Assembly (NCBI GenBank): GCA_963716175.1
Contig: OY970296.1
Location: 4,256,001 to 4,320,000, forward strand
Origin: an uncultured Armatimonadetes bacterium
Lineage (GTDB): Bacteria; Armatimonadota; Hebobacteria; Hebobacterales; Hebobacteraceae
Reading direction: 5' to 3'
DNA: 64,000 nt
A model generated the notes under the pieces. The model was given only the letters and a program-made list of their open reading frames with translations. It did not search any database and had not been told where the DNA came from. Shown piece by piece: positions 35,687 to 45,359 of this stretch. The first letter of the stretch is position 1; every line of letters begins with the position of its first letter. A program made the translations under genes and the position numbers.

Positions 35687-36559
35687 GTGTTTACCGCTCT
35701 ACTGGAAGCGATGCGACCCCGGCAGTGGACGAAGAACGTCTTCGTCTTCGCTGGCATAGTCTTCGCGCGCCGCCTGTTCGACGTGCCGGCGCTGATCGTC
35801 AGCCTGGGGGCCTTCGCTCTTTTCTGCCTGCTGTCCGGCAGCGTCTATCTGGTGAACGATGTGCTGGACGCGGAGCAGGACCGGCAGCATCCGACGAAGC
35901 GCAAGCGTCCCATCGCCTCCGGCCGATTGTCGCCGGGGGTGGCGCTGGCCGCCGCCCTGCTAATCGCGGGCCTGGCGGTAGGGCTTTCGTTCACCCTGAC
36001 CACCGCGTTTGCGGTGATCGCCATCATCTACCTGGCGCTCAACCTGCTCTATTCCTCCGCGCTCAAGCACATAGTGATCCTGGACGTTTTGTCTATCGCC
36101 ATCTTCTTCGTGCTGCGGGCCGCGGCCGGCGCAGCCGCGATCTCGGTGCCCATATCCCACTGGTTGTTGATCTGCACCATCCTGCTCGCGCTTTTCGTCG
36201 CGCTCAGCAAGCGGCGGCACGAGCTGACGCTGCTGGAGAACAATGCCTCTGCCCATCGCGCCAGCCTTACTGAGTACACCCCCTATCTGCTCGATCAGAT
36301 GATCGCGGTGGTCACCGCCTCCACGCTGATGGCCTACTCCCTCTACACCGTGGACGCCAGGACTGTGCACGAGGTTGGCAGCGACCGGTTGATGTACACC
36401 ATCCCATGCGTCATCTTCGGCATCTTCCGCTATCTCTACCTGATCCATCAAAAGGGTGAGGGGGGAGACCCTGACCGCATCATCGTCTCGGACCGCCCGT
36501 TTCTCATCAACCTGGTGGTCTGGGCGGCGATCGCGGCCGCAGTCGTATACCTTCACTGA
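35687..36559 (+). CDS. UbiA-family decaprenyl-phosphate phosphoribosyltransferase
   Basis: RPRQWTKN, ND..D...DR.HP.K..RPIASG, KRRHE. Confidence 0.9.
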   Translation: MFTALLEAMRPRQWTKNVFVFAGIVFARRLFDVPALIVSLGAFALFCLLSGSVYLVNDVLDAEQDRQHPTKRKRPIASGRLSPGVALAAALLIAGLAVGLSFTLTTAFAVIAIIYLALNLLYSSALKHIVILDVLSIAIFFVLRAAAGAAAISVPISHWLLICTILLALFVALSKRRHELTLLENNASAHRASLTEYTPYLLDQMIAVVTASTLMAYSLYTVDARTVHEVGSDRLMYTIPCVIFGIFRYLYLIHQKGEGGDPDRIIVSDRPFLINLVVWAAIAAAVVYLH

Positions 36560-36742
36560 GCATCCCCTCGCTCGCCTGATGTCGCGACTGCGTGACAGGC
36601 TGGTCTTGCCCTGCCGGCGGGAGCGCTCTAGACTGAGAGCGCCGTGACAGATGCTCCTGGCTAGGCGGCCGAGGGCCGTGGGGCAACGGTTGCCCTCCGT
36701 TCCGAATCTGGAATGAGAGGGTGTTTTTGTGGGGGGCGGCCC

Positions 36743-37389
36743 ATGCCAACTTTCGAGCAGATCTCGGAGCTGCTCCGAGTTGCTGTTGTCACCGACGACT
36801 CTGGCGCGGCGCACCGACTGACGGGTGCGCTGCGAGAGTCGGGTTGTGCCGTGCGAGCTTTCTCCCTCACCGGCCCCTCCGCGTGCGCTCGCGTGCGTGA
36901 GCTGAATCCAGCCGTGGTAGTGCTGCGGGTAGGCGGTCCCGGGGCCTCTTCGGCCTCCAGCTATCAAGACATCGCGGGCAACCACGGGCCTGCATTGGTC
37001 TTGGTCACACCCGCGGCCTCAGGCGAAAGCCTGGGCCTGGCCCGCGAGAGCGGCGCCTTCATGCACCTGGTGGAGCCCGTGATCCCACAGGCGCTGGTGG
37101 CCGCAGTCTGGCTGGCCTGCCGCGGGGTGAGGAATTGTGGCAGCTGAGCCGCCGCGTGACCGGGCTGCGAGAGTCGTTCGTCTCCCTGAGAGTAGTGGAA
37201 CGGGCGAAAGGGATCCTGATGCGACGCCTGCAACTGACGGAGCAGGAGGCGCACCGACGGCTCCAGGTGGAGAGCCGTAACCGCAATCGCAAGCTGGTGG
37301 AGACGGCCTGGCATGTGATCCAAGCCGATGCCCGGCTCTCCCGCGGCGGGACATCGCGTTCTCGGGCTGCCCGGTTCACTCCTCGCTGA
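36743..37389 (+). CDS. ANTAR-domain antiterminator with degenerate receiver domain, frameshifted near 37125
   Basis: VERAKGILMRR...EQEAHRRLQVESRNRNRKLVE ANTAR motif in the second frame; receiver-like N-terminus in the first. Confidence 0.75.
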
Positions 37390-37452
37390 GGCAGAAAGCT
37401 ACGGCCTGGAGGCGCAGGGAGCTGGCGGTGGCGCAGCGAAACTGGGTTCGGC

Positions 37453-38667
37453 ATGCCGGATTCCTCGCATCCTGCCTTGCGTGGTCTGCCTCGCAGCCGC
37501 GGCGATCCGCTAGTCGAAGCTGAACTGCGCCGCCGCATCCGAGCCCGGGGGCGGATCTCATTCGCGGAGTTCATGGAAGTCGCCCTCTACCTGCCCTCCG
37601 CGGGGTACTATCAGGTCCACGCCGAGATCGGCCCGCAGGGCGATTTCCTGACCAGCCCGGAAACCCACCCCGCCTTCGGCGCGCTGCTGGCCCGGCTGTG
37701 CATGCTGATGTGGCGAACCACGGGCTCGCCGGGGCAGTTCGGGGTGATCGAGTACGGCGCCGGCACCGGCTCTCTCTGTCGCCAGATCCTGGAGGCAGTG
37801 CCGCTGCTCAGTCCCGGGTTCGCAGCCGCACTGGAGTACGGCATCGTGGAGGTGAGTTCAGCCCTGCGAGCGCGGCAGCAAGCGCGCCTGGCCGATCTCG
37901 GTGATCGCGTGCAGTGGGTGCAGCCGCGAGAGCCAACGCCGCCTGCCGCGGGCTGTGTTCTCGCCAACGAAGTCGTGGACGCCTCACCAGTGCATCGGGT
38001 GCGCGTGATCAACGGCCGGGTGCGAGAGATCTATGTGGGCCTGGCGGCGGATCGCTACCTGGAACTGCTCGGGCCGGTCTCCCGGCCCGAACTGGAGTCT
38101 CGCCTGCGCGATGCCGGCGTGCAGCCGCCCGAGGGCAGCACACTGGAGATCAACCTGGCAGCGCGAGAGTGGCTGCGCGAAGCAAGCAATCGCCTGAAGA
38201 GCGGATACATGGTGATCATAGATTTCGGCGGCAGCGAGCGCGATCTCTACGCTGGCGCGAGCAGGCGCGGCGGCCTCAAGTGCTTCTACCGTCACGCCTG
38301 GACTGATGATCCCTATGACCGGCCGGGATGGCAGGACCTGACGGCCCCGGTTGACTTCACCGACCTGGCGCGGAGCGGGAGAGAGCTGGGCCTGGAGGTG
38401 ATGGCCGAGCTCAGCCAACGCGAGCTGTTGGCAAGCCTCGGACTCAAGGCAGCGCTTTCCCGACTTGAAACCATGGGCCTGCCCGTAGTGGAGCGCGAGA
38501 GGAACAAGAAGGCGATGCAGGCCCTGGTGGACCCAGCAGGGCTCGGCGGCTACCGCGTGCTGGTTCAGGGCAAAGCTGCCCCGGCCTTCACGATGGTGGC
38601 GGCTTGCGGAGGCGAGCTTCAGCCACTTCCGCTGCTGCCGCAGGAACGCGTTGACTGGCCTGAATGA
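37453..38667 (+). CDS. MidA/NDUFAF7-family SAM-dependent methyltransferase
   Basis: FAEFM..ALY....GYY, GDFLTSPE, EYGAGTG, ANE..DA.P, QDLTA.VDF. Confidence 0.9.
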   Translation: MPDSSHPALRGLPRSRGDPLVEAELRRRIRARGRISFAEFMEVALYLPSAGYYQVHAEIGPQGDFLTSPETHPAFGALLARLCMLMWRTTGSPGQFGVIEYGAGTGSLCRQILEAVPLLSPGFAAALEYGIVEVSSALRARQQARLADLGDRVQWVQPREPTPPAAGCVLANEVVDASPVHRVRVINGRVREIYVGLAADRYLELLGPVSRPELESRLRDAGVQPPEGSTLEINLAAREWLREASNRLKSGYMVIIDFGGSERDLYAGASRRGGLKCFYRHAWTDDPYDRPGWQDLTAPVDFTDLARSGRELGLEVMAELSQRELLASLGLKAALSRLETMGLPVVERERNKKAMQALVDPAGLGGYRVLVQGKAAPAFTMVAACGGELQPLPLLPQERVDWPE

Positions 38668-38734
38668 AGAGCGGGGGCAGGGAGCACGCCGCCTGGGAAG
38701 AAGACACCGCGCAGAGGAGGGGTAAGCACACGCG

Positions 38735-39724
38735 ATGGCCTGGCCCGGTTTGCTGCGCGCTATGCTGCGACGGTTGAGCGGCCGCCCGTCGGGCGCGGGC
38801 AGTGAGGAGAAGGCCGCTGCAGATCCTCTTACGCGCGTCTCTGCGTTGTGGGCCGACCGCGCGGCCGAGAGCGGGGACTGCCCTGCTCTGCCTGGCGTGT
38901 GGACCTCCCATCCGGTGGTGCGAGCGGCGATGAACCGGCGCATCTCGGGCCGCGGAGATGTGGAGTGGCTGGCCTGGGCGAAGCAAGCCTTTCTCCCGGA
39001 GCCGGTGGGGCGGGCGCTGAGCCTGGGCTGCGGCGGCGGACAGATGGAGCGGGAGGCGGTCACGCTCGGGCTCTGCCGGGAGATCGAAGGTGTGGATGTC
39101 TCCCGAGGTGCAGTGGAGCTGGCCCGCCAGCGGGCGGAGGCGGCCGGGCTCGGCGGCATCAGCTATCGCGTCGCGGATCTCAACTCCATCCTGCTTCCGT
39201 CCGCCCGCTACGATCTGGTGATCGTGAAGCAGGCCTTGCATCACATCCAGGCCCTCGAGCACGTGCTGGACCAAGTGAAGGGTTCGCTGCGGCCAGGCGG
39301 TTGGTTTCTTGTGAATGAGTACGTCGGGCCCTCTCGGTTCCAGTGGACTGACCTGCAACTGGAGATCATGAACCAGCTCCTGGCTTGCCTGCCGGAGCGC
39401 TTGCGGAGGGTCGGCGAAGCGGTGCGAGAGCGCTTGGAGCGGGCGACGCCGGAGCAGATCGGGGCTCACGATCCGTCGGAGGCAGTGTGCTCGGCCGAGA
39501 TCGTGCCCTTGGTGGAGGCGCGCTTCGAGGTGGTGGCGCGGCGTGACTTCGGTGGCACGCTGCTCAACCCGATGCTGGAGGGAATCATCGCCAGTTTCGA
39601 TGTCGCAGACGAGAACGATACGGCCATGCTACGTCTGCTCATCGCCTTCGAGGACATCCTGCTGGAGCGGGGCGTGCTGACGAGCGATTTCGCGGTGCTG
39701 GTGGTGAGGCCGCGAGTTTCCTAG
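38735..39724 (+). CDS. class I SAM-dependent methyltransferase
   Basis: LSLGCGGG, GVDVS, ALHH, LRPGG, EYVGP, DPSEA. Confidence 0.85.
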   Translation: MAWPGLLRAMLRRLSGRPSGAGSEEKAAADPLTRVSALWADRAAESGDCPALPGVWTSHPVVRAAMNRRISGRGDVEWLAWAKQAFLPEPVGRALSLGCGGGQMEREAVTLGLCREIEGVDVSRGAVELARQRAEAAGLGGISYRVADLNSILLPSARYDLVIVKQALHHIQALEHVLDQVKGSLRPGGWFLVNEYVGPSRFQWTDLQLEIMNQLLACLPERLRRVGEAVRERLERATPEQIGAHDPSEAVCSAEIVPLVEARFEVVARRDFGGTLLNPMLEGIIASFDVADENDTAMLRLLIAFEDILLERGVLTSDFAVLVVRPRVS

Positions 39725-40452
39725 GCTCCCGTGGGACCATGGCTGGCCTGCATGGGGTACTGGGCCCAGACCTTTCCGTCGAGCCTTCTGCCAGCGGCCG
39801 TGCGACGCACACCGCCCCATTGCTTGAAGAAGAACGGCACGCCAGCAGCGAGGCATTCGTCTCTGATGAGGCGCGCCCATTCCGCCTTCATAGGGCGCGC
39901 GTGGGGCCCTGACTCGCCACCCGCGATGACCCAATGGACTCCGCGCAGGGGGATGTTGCAGATCATCCCAAGCAAGGGCTCGAAAGACACGAACCTAACC
40001 GCGGCCGGCACTTCGCGGAGGCAGTCTAGCCTCCAGGCATAGTCCTGGGTTTCAACTGTCACTCCGGCCCACACGTTCCGAGGCCACGAGAGCTTAGGCG
40101 AGAGCTCGGCCAAGCGCTCTGCGCGTTTGGTCAGCACCTGGAAAATGTGATGGTGAGCAGTCTCCATCACCTCGAACACGGACTGAATGAAGTCGAGCGG
40201 TACCTCCCGGTGGAACAGGTCACCCATCGAGTTCACGAACACCATCTGTGGCTTCGACCAACCAAGCGGTATCCTCAAGGCATTCGGGTGCACCGTGACG
40301 CGGAAGCCGTTCCGGTAGCGCGCCTGCCCCATCGCCTTCAATCGCAGACTCATGCGCTCGGCGTAGCAGTGCTCGCAGCCAGAGCTGACCTTGGTGCAGC
40401 CTGTGACCGGGTTCCAGGTTGAGTTGGTCCATTCGATCGCGCTCAAGCTCAT
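39721..40452 (-). CDS. DUF5131 (phage Gp37/Gp68) protein with Cx6Cx2C motif
   Basis: IEWT..TWNPVTGCTKVSSGCEHCYAE, FVNSMGDLFH, LTKR, SFEPLL, GGESG, FFFKQWGG. Confidence 0.92.
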   Translation of the reverse strand: MSLSAIEWTNSTWNPVTGCTKVSSGCEHCYAERMSLRLKAMGQARYRNGFRVTVHPNALRIPLGWSKPQMVFVNSMGDLFHREVPLDFIQSVFEVMETAHHHIFQVLTKRAERLAELSPKLSWPRNVWAGVTVETQDYAWRLDCLREVPAAVRFVSFEPLLGMICNIPLRGVHWVIAGGESGPHARPMKAEWARLIRDECLAAGVPFFFKQWGGVRRTAAGRRLDGKVWAQYPMQASHGPTGA

Positions 40453-40475
40453 CAGCCCCTCCTCGACCGTCCTCG

Positions 40476-41310
40476 CTACTGCCTGGTTCGGCGATAGCTT
40501 CTGAAGATGTCAGAGGCGATCCTGCCGCCGGTGGCGTTACACGAAGCAAAGACGATGTAGTAAAGGGGAGCGTTGTTCGCGGTACTCATCAGGATCGGGT
40601 CGGGAACGTATGTGAAGCCGGCCACTCTTTTGAGCCGCTCGCAGTACGCTCCGACAATAGCATCCCCGTGTGCTTTCTCGGGGTACTCCTTGAAGAGTGT
40701 GCTCTTGGCCGAATGAACAACCTCCCGCCAGGAATCATCACCCCAGAACGCAGTCATGCGAAGCTTGTCCTCCTCTGCGGCCTGCGACGGATCGCGCCGC
40801 CCGACGTTCCGGTTGATGTCCATGATGGGGAAGTTGAGGAGCAGCTCGATGGACTGCTCCTTCCCCGCGGCCTCCACAACCGACCACTTGTAGTGTAGGC
40901 CATACGGATCTAGGAGCCAGAGTGCCCGACGGAAGTCCCTCCGACGATAGCGAGGCAGCACTTCCTCGAGGAGCACTTCGTTGCAGTCGCCGGTGTAGAC
41001 ATAGGTGTTGGGATATGCCTGCATCTGCTGCTTGAGAGCAGCGGTCTTCACGGGGTCGAGGTCAATGAGAATGGTACTCTCGGAACCGAGGGGTGACATT
41101 CTGAGCTATGAGTGGAGACCCCGACACCAGCTCACCTGTCTCCTTCGACCGCACGACACCTGCTCCCGCGAACGCGTCGACGTATACATGCTGCAGTTTC
41201 GGCTGCTTGGCGAGTATAACCGAATATGCGGCCGCGTACTTGCGGATGATCTCTAGCTTGATCTCGGACCACGGCCCAATCTCGTCCAACTTCAGGCTCC
41301 GCTCTGGCAC
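40476..41310 (-). CDS. tcmP: three-Cys-motif partner protein (methyltransferase-like), frameshifted near 41070
   Basis: GPWSEIKL, YVDAFAGAG, GSPL, then IDLD, GDCN, LLDPYG, ELLLNF; adjacent to DUF5131. Confidence 0.85.
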
Positions 41311-41343
41311 AGGCCCCTCCTTGTGATGCTGCTGAGCGGCGTT

Positions 41344-41372
41344 ATGCTATACCAAACTGCTGTTTGCGTCAA
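41344..41372 (-). promoter_or_regulatory. promoter of tcmP-DUF5131
   Basis: TTGACG-17 nt-TAGCAT on the minus strand. Confidence 0.5.
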
Positions 41373-41376
41373 GCCC

Positions 41377-42524
41377 TCAGAGCGGGCACCCCTCCATCCG
41401 CGTCCTACACCACTCGTAGAACTGCCCGTTGGGCACTTCCTCGGAGGCGAGGAGCATGGGGGAATAGGGGTGGCCTGAGAGGTAGGCGAGGTGGCTGTCC
41501 AGGGCGCACTGGTCGGTCTCTCGGTCTATCTCCAGCAAGTGGCGGAGGGAGCTGTCGGGGACGCGGGACTGCTCTTCAGGCGGGACGGCGCAGAGCCAGG
41601 TCAGCCGGTAGACGTCTTCGCTGGTGAGCGAGAGGTCGGAGAAGCGCTGCTCGATGTCGCGGGCAAGATCGTTATCCTGGTCTGCGTAGTCGACGACAAA
41701 CTTCTCCAGGGTGTCTATGGCGTCCGCGAGGAAAACGCCGAGGGCGACGCTGAGGTTGTGGACCTTGCCGGCGGCGATGATGGCGGCATCATCTGACGCG
41801 CCTCCCCCAGCCGCTCCCGGATGTACATGTAGCGGATGCGCTCGCTGCCGAAGGCGTCGGGGCCCGGGTCGTCCACCAGCAGCCCCTCGCGCTGGAAGGC
41901 CGCGAGGTCATTGGCGTGAGCGCGTTTGGCGAGCTGATCACCATCGAGACCGAGCCGCTCCATGGCCTCGACATCCACGAAACGGCAGCGGCCGCCGCCG
42001 ATGCGGACGCCGGTGCGGCGCTCCACCTCGAGGCGGACATCGGAATCATCCCGCAGTCCGCCCAGGTAGAGGCCGCGCAACACGTCAGGAGGGTTGACGG
42101 TGAGGTGGCGCAGCACCCCACATCCGATCAGCCCCTCCCCTATCTCGTTCACCAGAGTGGCCCCGGCCCGGCCGGCCACGGCGGCGTCGGTCCAAGCCAC
42201 GACTTCATCAATCAGGTCCTGGCGCTGAAGAGCCACCGCGCGGGGGTTTCGCTGCAAGGCCTCCACGATGTCATCCATCTCGGTGTTGGGGAAGCGCCGG
42301 CCGGCGAAGGAGCCGTGGCCCATCTGGGCGTGTCCTTCCACCGATTGCATCAGGATGAGCTCGGCCGCGGGCTGGGTGGTGCGCAGGCGCATGGTGTAGA
42401 GCATGCGCTGGAAGTCCTCGCGGATGAGGTCGGCGGGCGAGACCGCGGAGCGCCGCGGAGACTGGTGGGCGCGCTGCTGATCTGCGCGGTGATGGTGGTG
42501 AGGGTGGTGATGTTTGCGAGGCAT
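41377..42524 (-). CDS. hypothetical protein of about 380 aa with His-rich N-terminus, frameshifted at a G5 run (41804-41808)
   Basis: Adding one G joins ...YIRERLG to GGASDDAAIIAAGK...FYEWCRTRMEGCPL*; SD GAGGAG. Confidence 0.7.
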
Positions 42525-42548
42525 GGGTGCCATCTCCTCATCGGCAAC

Positions 42549-42728
42549 TGGGCAGGAGACACGCTCCTGCACTACGGACTGCGGACTGTGGCAGGAGCCA
42601 AGCTCCTACCCAACATTGGTTCCTGCCCAATGTCTAGAACGGCCGGCGGGCATGCGGAGACATGCCCGCCCTACAGTGGCAGGAGCCAATCTCCTGCCCA
42701 ACCCTACTTCGCAGAGGCCTCGTACGGC
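42549..42728. repeat. cluster of REP-like palindromes (BIME-like)
   Basis: GGCAGGAG..CTCCT units x3, GGCGGGCATGCGGAGACATGCCCGCCCTAC, CCCTACTTCGCAGAGGCCTCGTACGG. Confidence 0.75.
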
Positions 42729-42735
42729 GAGCGCT

Positions 42736-43848
42736 TTAGCCTTTCATGCCGCTAAGCACAATGCCACGTACGAAGTATCTTTGACCAATGAGGAAGACGA
42801 TCAGCACCGGCAGCATGACGATGACGGAGGCGGCCATGAGCAGGTGATACTCGGTGGTGTAGCTGTCCTGGAAGTGGGCGAGCCCGATGGGGAGGGTCTT
42901 GAGGCCGAGCCGGTCCACCACCATCAACGGCCAGAGGAAGTCGTTCCAGCAGTGCAGGAAGGCGAAGGTGGTGAGGGTGGCGAGGGCCGGCTTGGCCAGC
43001 GGAAGGATGATGAAGCGATAGACCGCGAAGGGCGACGCGCCGTCAATCACGGCCGCATCCTCCAGCTCCCGGGGGATGGTCAGGAAGAACTGGCGCAGCA
43101 AGAAGGTGCCATAGGCGGAGAACATCGCCGGGAAGATCAGGGCGCTGTAGGTGTTGGTCATGTGGAGCTGGCTGAGCAGGGCGTAGATGGGCAGCATGAT
43201 CACGATCGCCGGCACCATGAGGGTGGCGAGGTAGCCGACGAAGAGATGATCGCGCCCGGGGAAGCGCAGCCTTGAGAAAGCGAAGGCGGCGAGGGAGCTG
43301 GTGAAGACGGTGCCAAAGGTGACGCAAATGGTCACGAAGATGGAGTTGAGGTAGAACACCAGGAACCCGTCCACATCGTGCGCCAGGCCGAAGAAGGCCT
43401 CCGCCACGCGCACGCCCTCCGCCCGCCAGGCCTCCCGGTAGTTCTCCCAGTGCAGCCGGACTTGGCGCATGGGAATGAGACTGCTCTCGGGCAGCAGACG
43501 CCGTTCTCCCGCCTGGGCGGGCGGAGCGATCACCTGCACCTGGACCCCCTGCGGCGAGTAACGGAGAATGGCGACCCGCAGGCTCTGCTCTCCCGCCACA
43601 TGGCCGGCGGGCAAGCCCCTGACCTCGGCCACGCGGCAGGTCTGTCCGTTGAGCTGGGTGGTGACGGGTTCGCTCGGGAGCCACCGCGGCGGGAACTCGA
43701 TGGCGTAGCCGGGGGCCTTGAGCGAAGTGGAGATCATCCAGGCGAAGGGCAGCAGCATGGTGACGCCGATGGTGGCGAGCGCCAGATAGGAGGCAGCCCG
43801 CAGGAGCAGGGAACGCCGGCGAGGCGATCTCGCGGGAGGCGCGCTCAT
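42736..43848 (-). CDS. carbohydrate ABC transporter permease (MalG-like) with a large inserted loop
   Basis: PFAWMISTSLK, NSIFV, LRQFF..IP.ELEDAAVIDGA EAA motif, QRYFVRGI. Confidence 0.92.
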   Translation of the reverse strand: MSAPPARSPRRRSLLLRAASYLALATIGVTMLLPFAWMISTSLKAPGYAIEFPPRWLPSEPVTTQLNGQTCRVAEVRGLPAGHVAGEQSLRVAILRYSPQGVQVQVIAPPAQAGERRLLPESSLIPMRQVRLHWENYREAWRAEGVRVAEAFFGLAHDVDGFLVFYLNSIFVTICVTFGTVFTSSLAAFAFSRLRFPGRDHLFVGYLATLMVPAIVIMLPIYALLSQLHMTNTYSALIFPAMFSAYGTFLLRQFFLTIPRELEDAAVIDGASPFAVYRFIILPLAKPALATLTTFAFLHCWNDFLWPLMVVDRLGLKTLPIGLAHFQDSYTTEYHLLMAASVIVMLPVLIVFLIGQRYFVRGIVLSGMKG

Positions 43849-44840
43849 TCGTAGTGCACCAGACGCTGGCCGTAGCGCCAGTTGAGGAGGGTGAAGCTGA
43901 AGACGAGCAGGAAGAGCACGCAGGCGATGGAGGAGGCATAGCCGAGCTGGTGCCAGGCGACGGCGTAGTTGTAGATGTAGAGCATGAGGGTAGTGGTGGC
44001 GCCGGCCGGGCCGCCGCCGGTCATGAGGAAGGCGGCGGCGAAGAGGAAACTGCCCTGGAAGCCCGCGATGATGCTCATGGTGACCACGAAGAAAGTGGTG
44101 GGAGAGAGCAAGGGCCAGGTGATGTGGCGGAGGCGGGTCCAGGCGGTGGCGCCGTCGAGCGCGGCGGCCTCGTAGAGCTCCTCGGGTATGCCCTGGAGGC
44201 CGGCGAGGTAGAGCACGCAGTTGTAGCCGCCCACACCGGCCCACAGGGCCATGATGATGAAGGCCGGCTTCGCCCAGGCCAGCGAGCCGAGCCAATCCGG
44301 GGGATGAGCGACGCCCAGACTCATGAGCATGCTGTTGAGCAGGCCGATCTCGTTGGGCTGCTGATGGAAGATCCACTTCCACACGATCACCACCGCCACC
44401 GCGGAGGAGACCGTGGGCAGGAAGTAGATGGTGCGAAAGAGGGTGATGCCGCGCAGGCGCTGGTTCAGCAGCAGGGCCAGCAGCAGGGAGCCGACAATGC
44501 TGAGGGGGATGCCCAACATGAGGAATAGGGTGTTGCCGAGGTAGCGCCAGAACTCGGAGTCATTGGCCGCGAGATGGCCCGCCTCTCCATGCCAGCCCAA
44601 GAGGCGAAAGAAGTTCGCGGCAGCCACGAAGTGAACCTGCTCTGATAGCTGCCGCCAGCTTGAGATGGGAGAGAGCCCATAGTCGGTAAGGCTGAGCCCG
44701 AAGCAGGCCAGGATGGGCAGGAAGGTGAAGATGAGAAAGCCGAGCAGATTGGGCAAGAGGAAGGGCAGGGCCTGCAGCCAGGCCCGCCCGGCGCGGGACC
44801 GAGTCGGCGGATGAGAAGCGGAGAGGATGGGCTGCGGCAT
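43845..44840 (-). CDS. carbohydrate ABC transporter permease (MalF-like)
   Basis: FLLP, FRTIYFLP, LAGLQGIPEELYEAAALDGA, ITWPLLSP. Confidence 0.92.
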   Translation of the reverse strand: MPQPILSASHPPTRSRAGRAWLQALPFLLPNLLGFLIFTFLPILACFGLSLTDYGLSPISSWRQLSEQVHFVAAANFFRLLGWHGEAGHLAANDSEFWRYLGNTLFLMLGIPLSIVGSLLLALLLNQRLRGITLFRTIYFLPTVSSAVAVVIVWKWIFHQQPNEIGLLNSMLMSLGVAHPPDWLGSLAWAKPAFIIMALWAGVGGYNCVLYLAGLQGIPEELYEAAALDGATAWTRLRHITWPLLSPTTFFVVTMSIIAGFQGSFLFAAAFLMTGGGPAGATTTLMLYIYNYAVAWHQLGYASSIACVLFLLVFSFTLLNWRYGQRLVHYE

Positions 44841-44851
44841 GGCCGGGAGGG

Positions 44852-45163
44852 CTAGTTCTCGCCCACCTCGTCGGAGGCCGGCGGGTAGTTGAACGAATCT
44901 ATCTCTTGACCGATGAAGACGGTGATGATGAACTGATCGCGCTCGAAGCTGGGCAGGTAAGAGGACACGATGTCGTCATCGAGCTGGGAGAAGAGCTCCT
45001 GGCGTTCCTCCTCGTCGAGTGGGGCCTCCAGGAAGAGATCGGCCTGGACAGAGGCGTCGGAATAGTGCAGGTCAACCTGGCCGACGCGGCGCTCGCCGTC
45101 CCAGATCACGTAGATCTCGGACGACAGCGTACGCAAGAGGCGCACCAGGCGGTAGCGGTTCAA
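44852..45163 (-). CDS. small acidic hypothetical protein
   Basis: TTG start with GGAGG SD; RLLRT.SSEIY...GQVDLHY; co-oriented with the permeases. Confidence 0.65.
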   Translation of the reverse strand: MNRYRLVRLLRTLSSEIYVIWDGERRVGQVDLHYSDASVQADLFLEAPLDEEERQELFSQLDDDIVSSYLPSFERDQFIITVFIGQEIDSFNYPPASDEVGEN

Positions 45164-45226
45164 GCTGCCCTCCCATCGGAGCCTGCGAGTTGAGTTCGGC
45201 ATGGGGAGGCGCGGTCCTGCTCGACG

Positions 45227-45283
45227 GCACAGGCTGGGAGCCTGTGCTACCATCTCAAGACACAGGCTGGGAGCCTGTGCTAC
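45227..45283. repeat. two direct copies of a GTAG-type REP palindrome
   Basis: CACAGGCTGGGAGCCTGTGCTAC at 45228-45250 and 45261-45283. Confidence 0.85.
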
Positions 45284-45359
45284 TGACCCGCGGACAGGAC
45301 CGGCGGCCCTGGCAGCGAATCGCCCAGGACGATATGTCTGCTTGTGCTGGCCGATCCGC

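Noticed and set aside
39721-40452. Prophage, suggested by the phage Gp37/Gp68 family name
   Set aside because: No integrase, structural or lysis genes and no att-like repeats seen.
43849-44382. N-terminal 178 aa of the 548-aa ORF 42736-44382
   Set aside because: Overlaps the upstream permease in another frame; the true start is the coupled ATG at 43848.
45227-45283. Direct repeat pair as a mini CRISPR array
   Set aside because: Only two 23-bp copies with a 10-bp spacer, a REP-like GTAG palindrome, and no cas genes.
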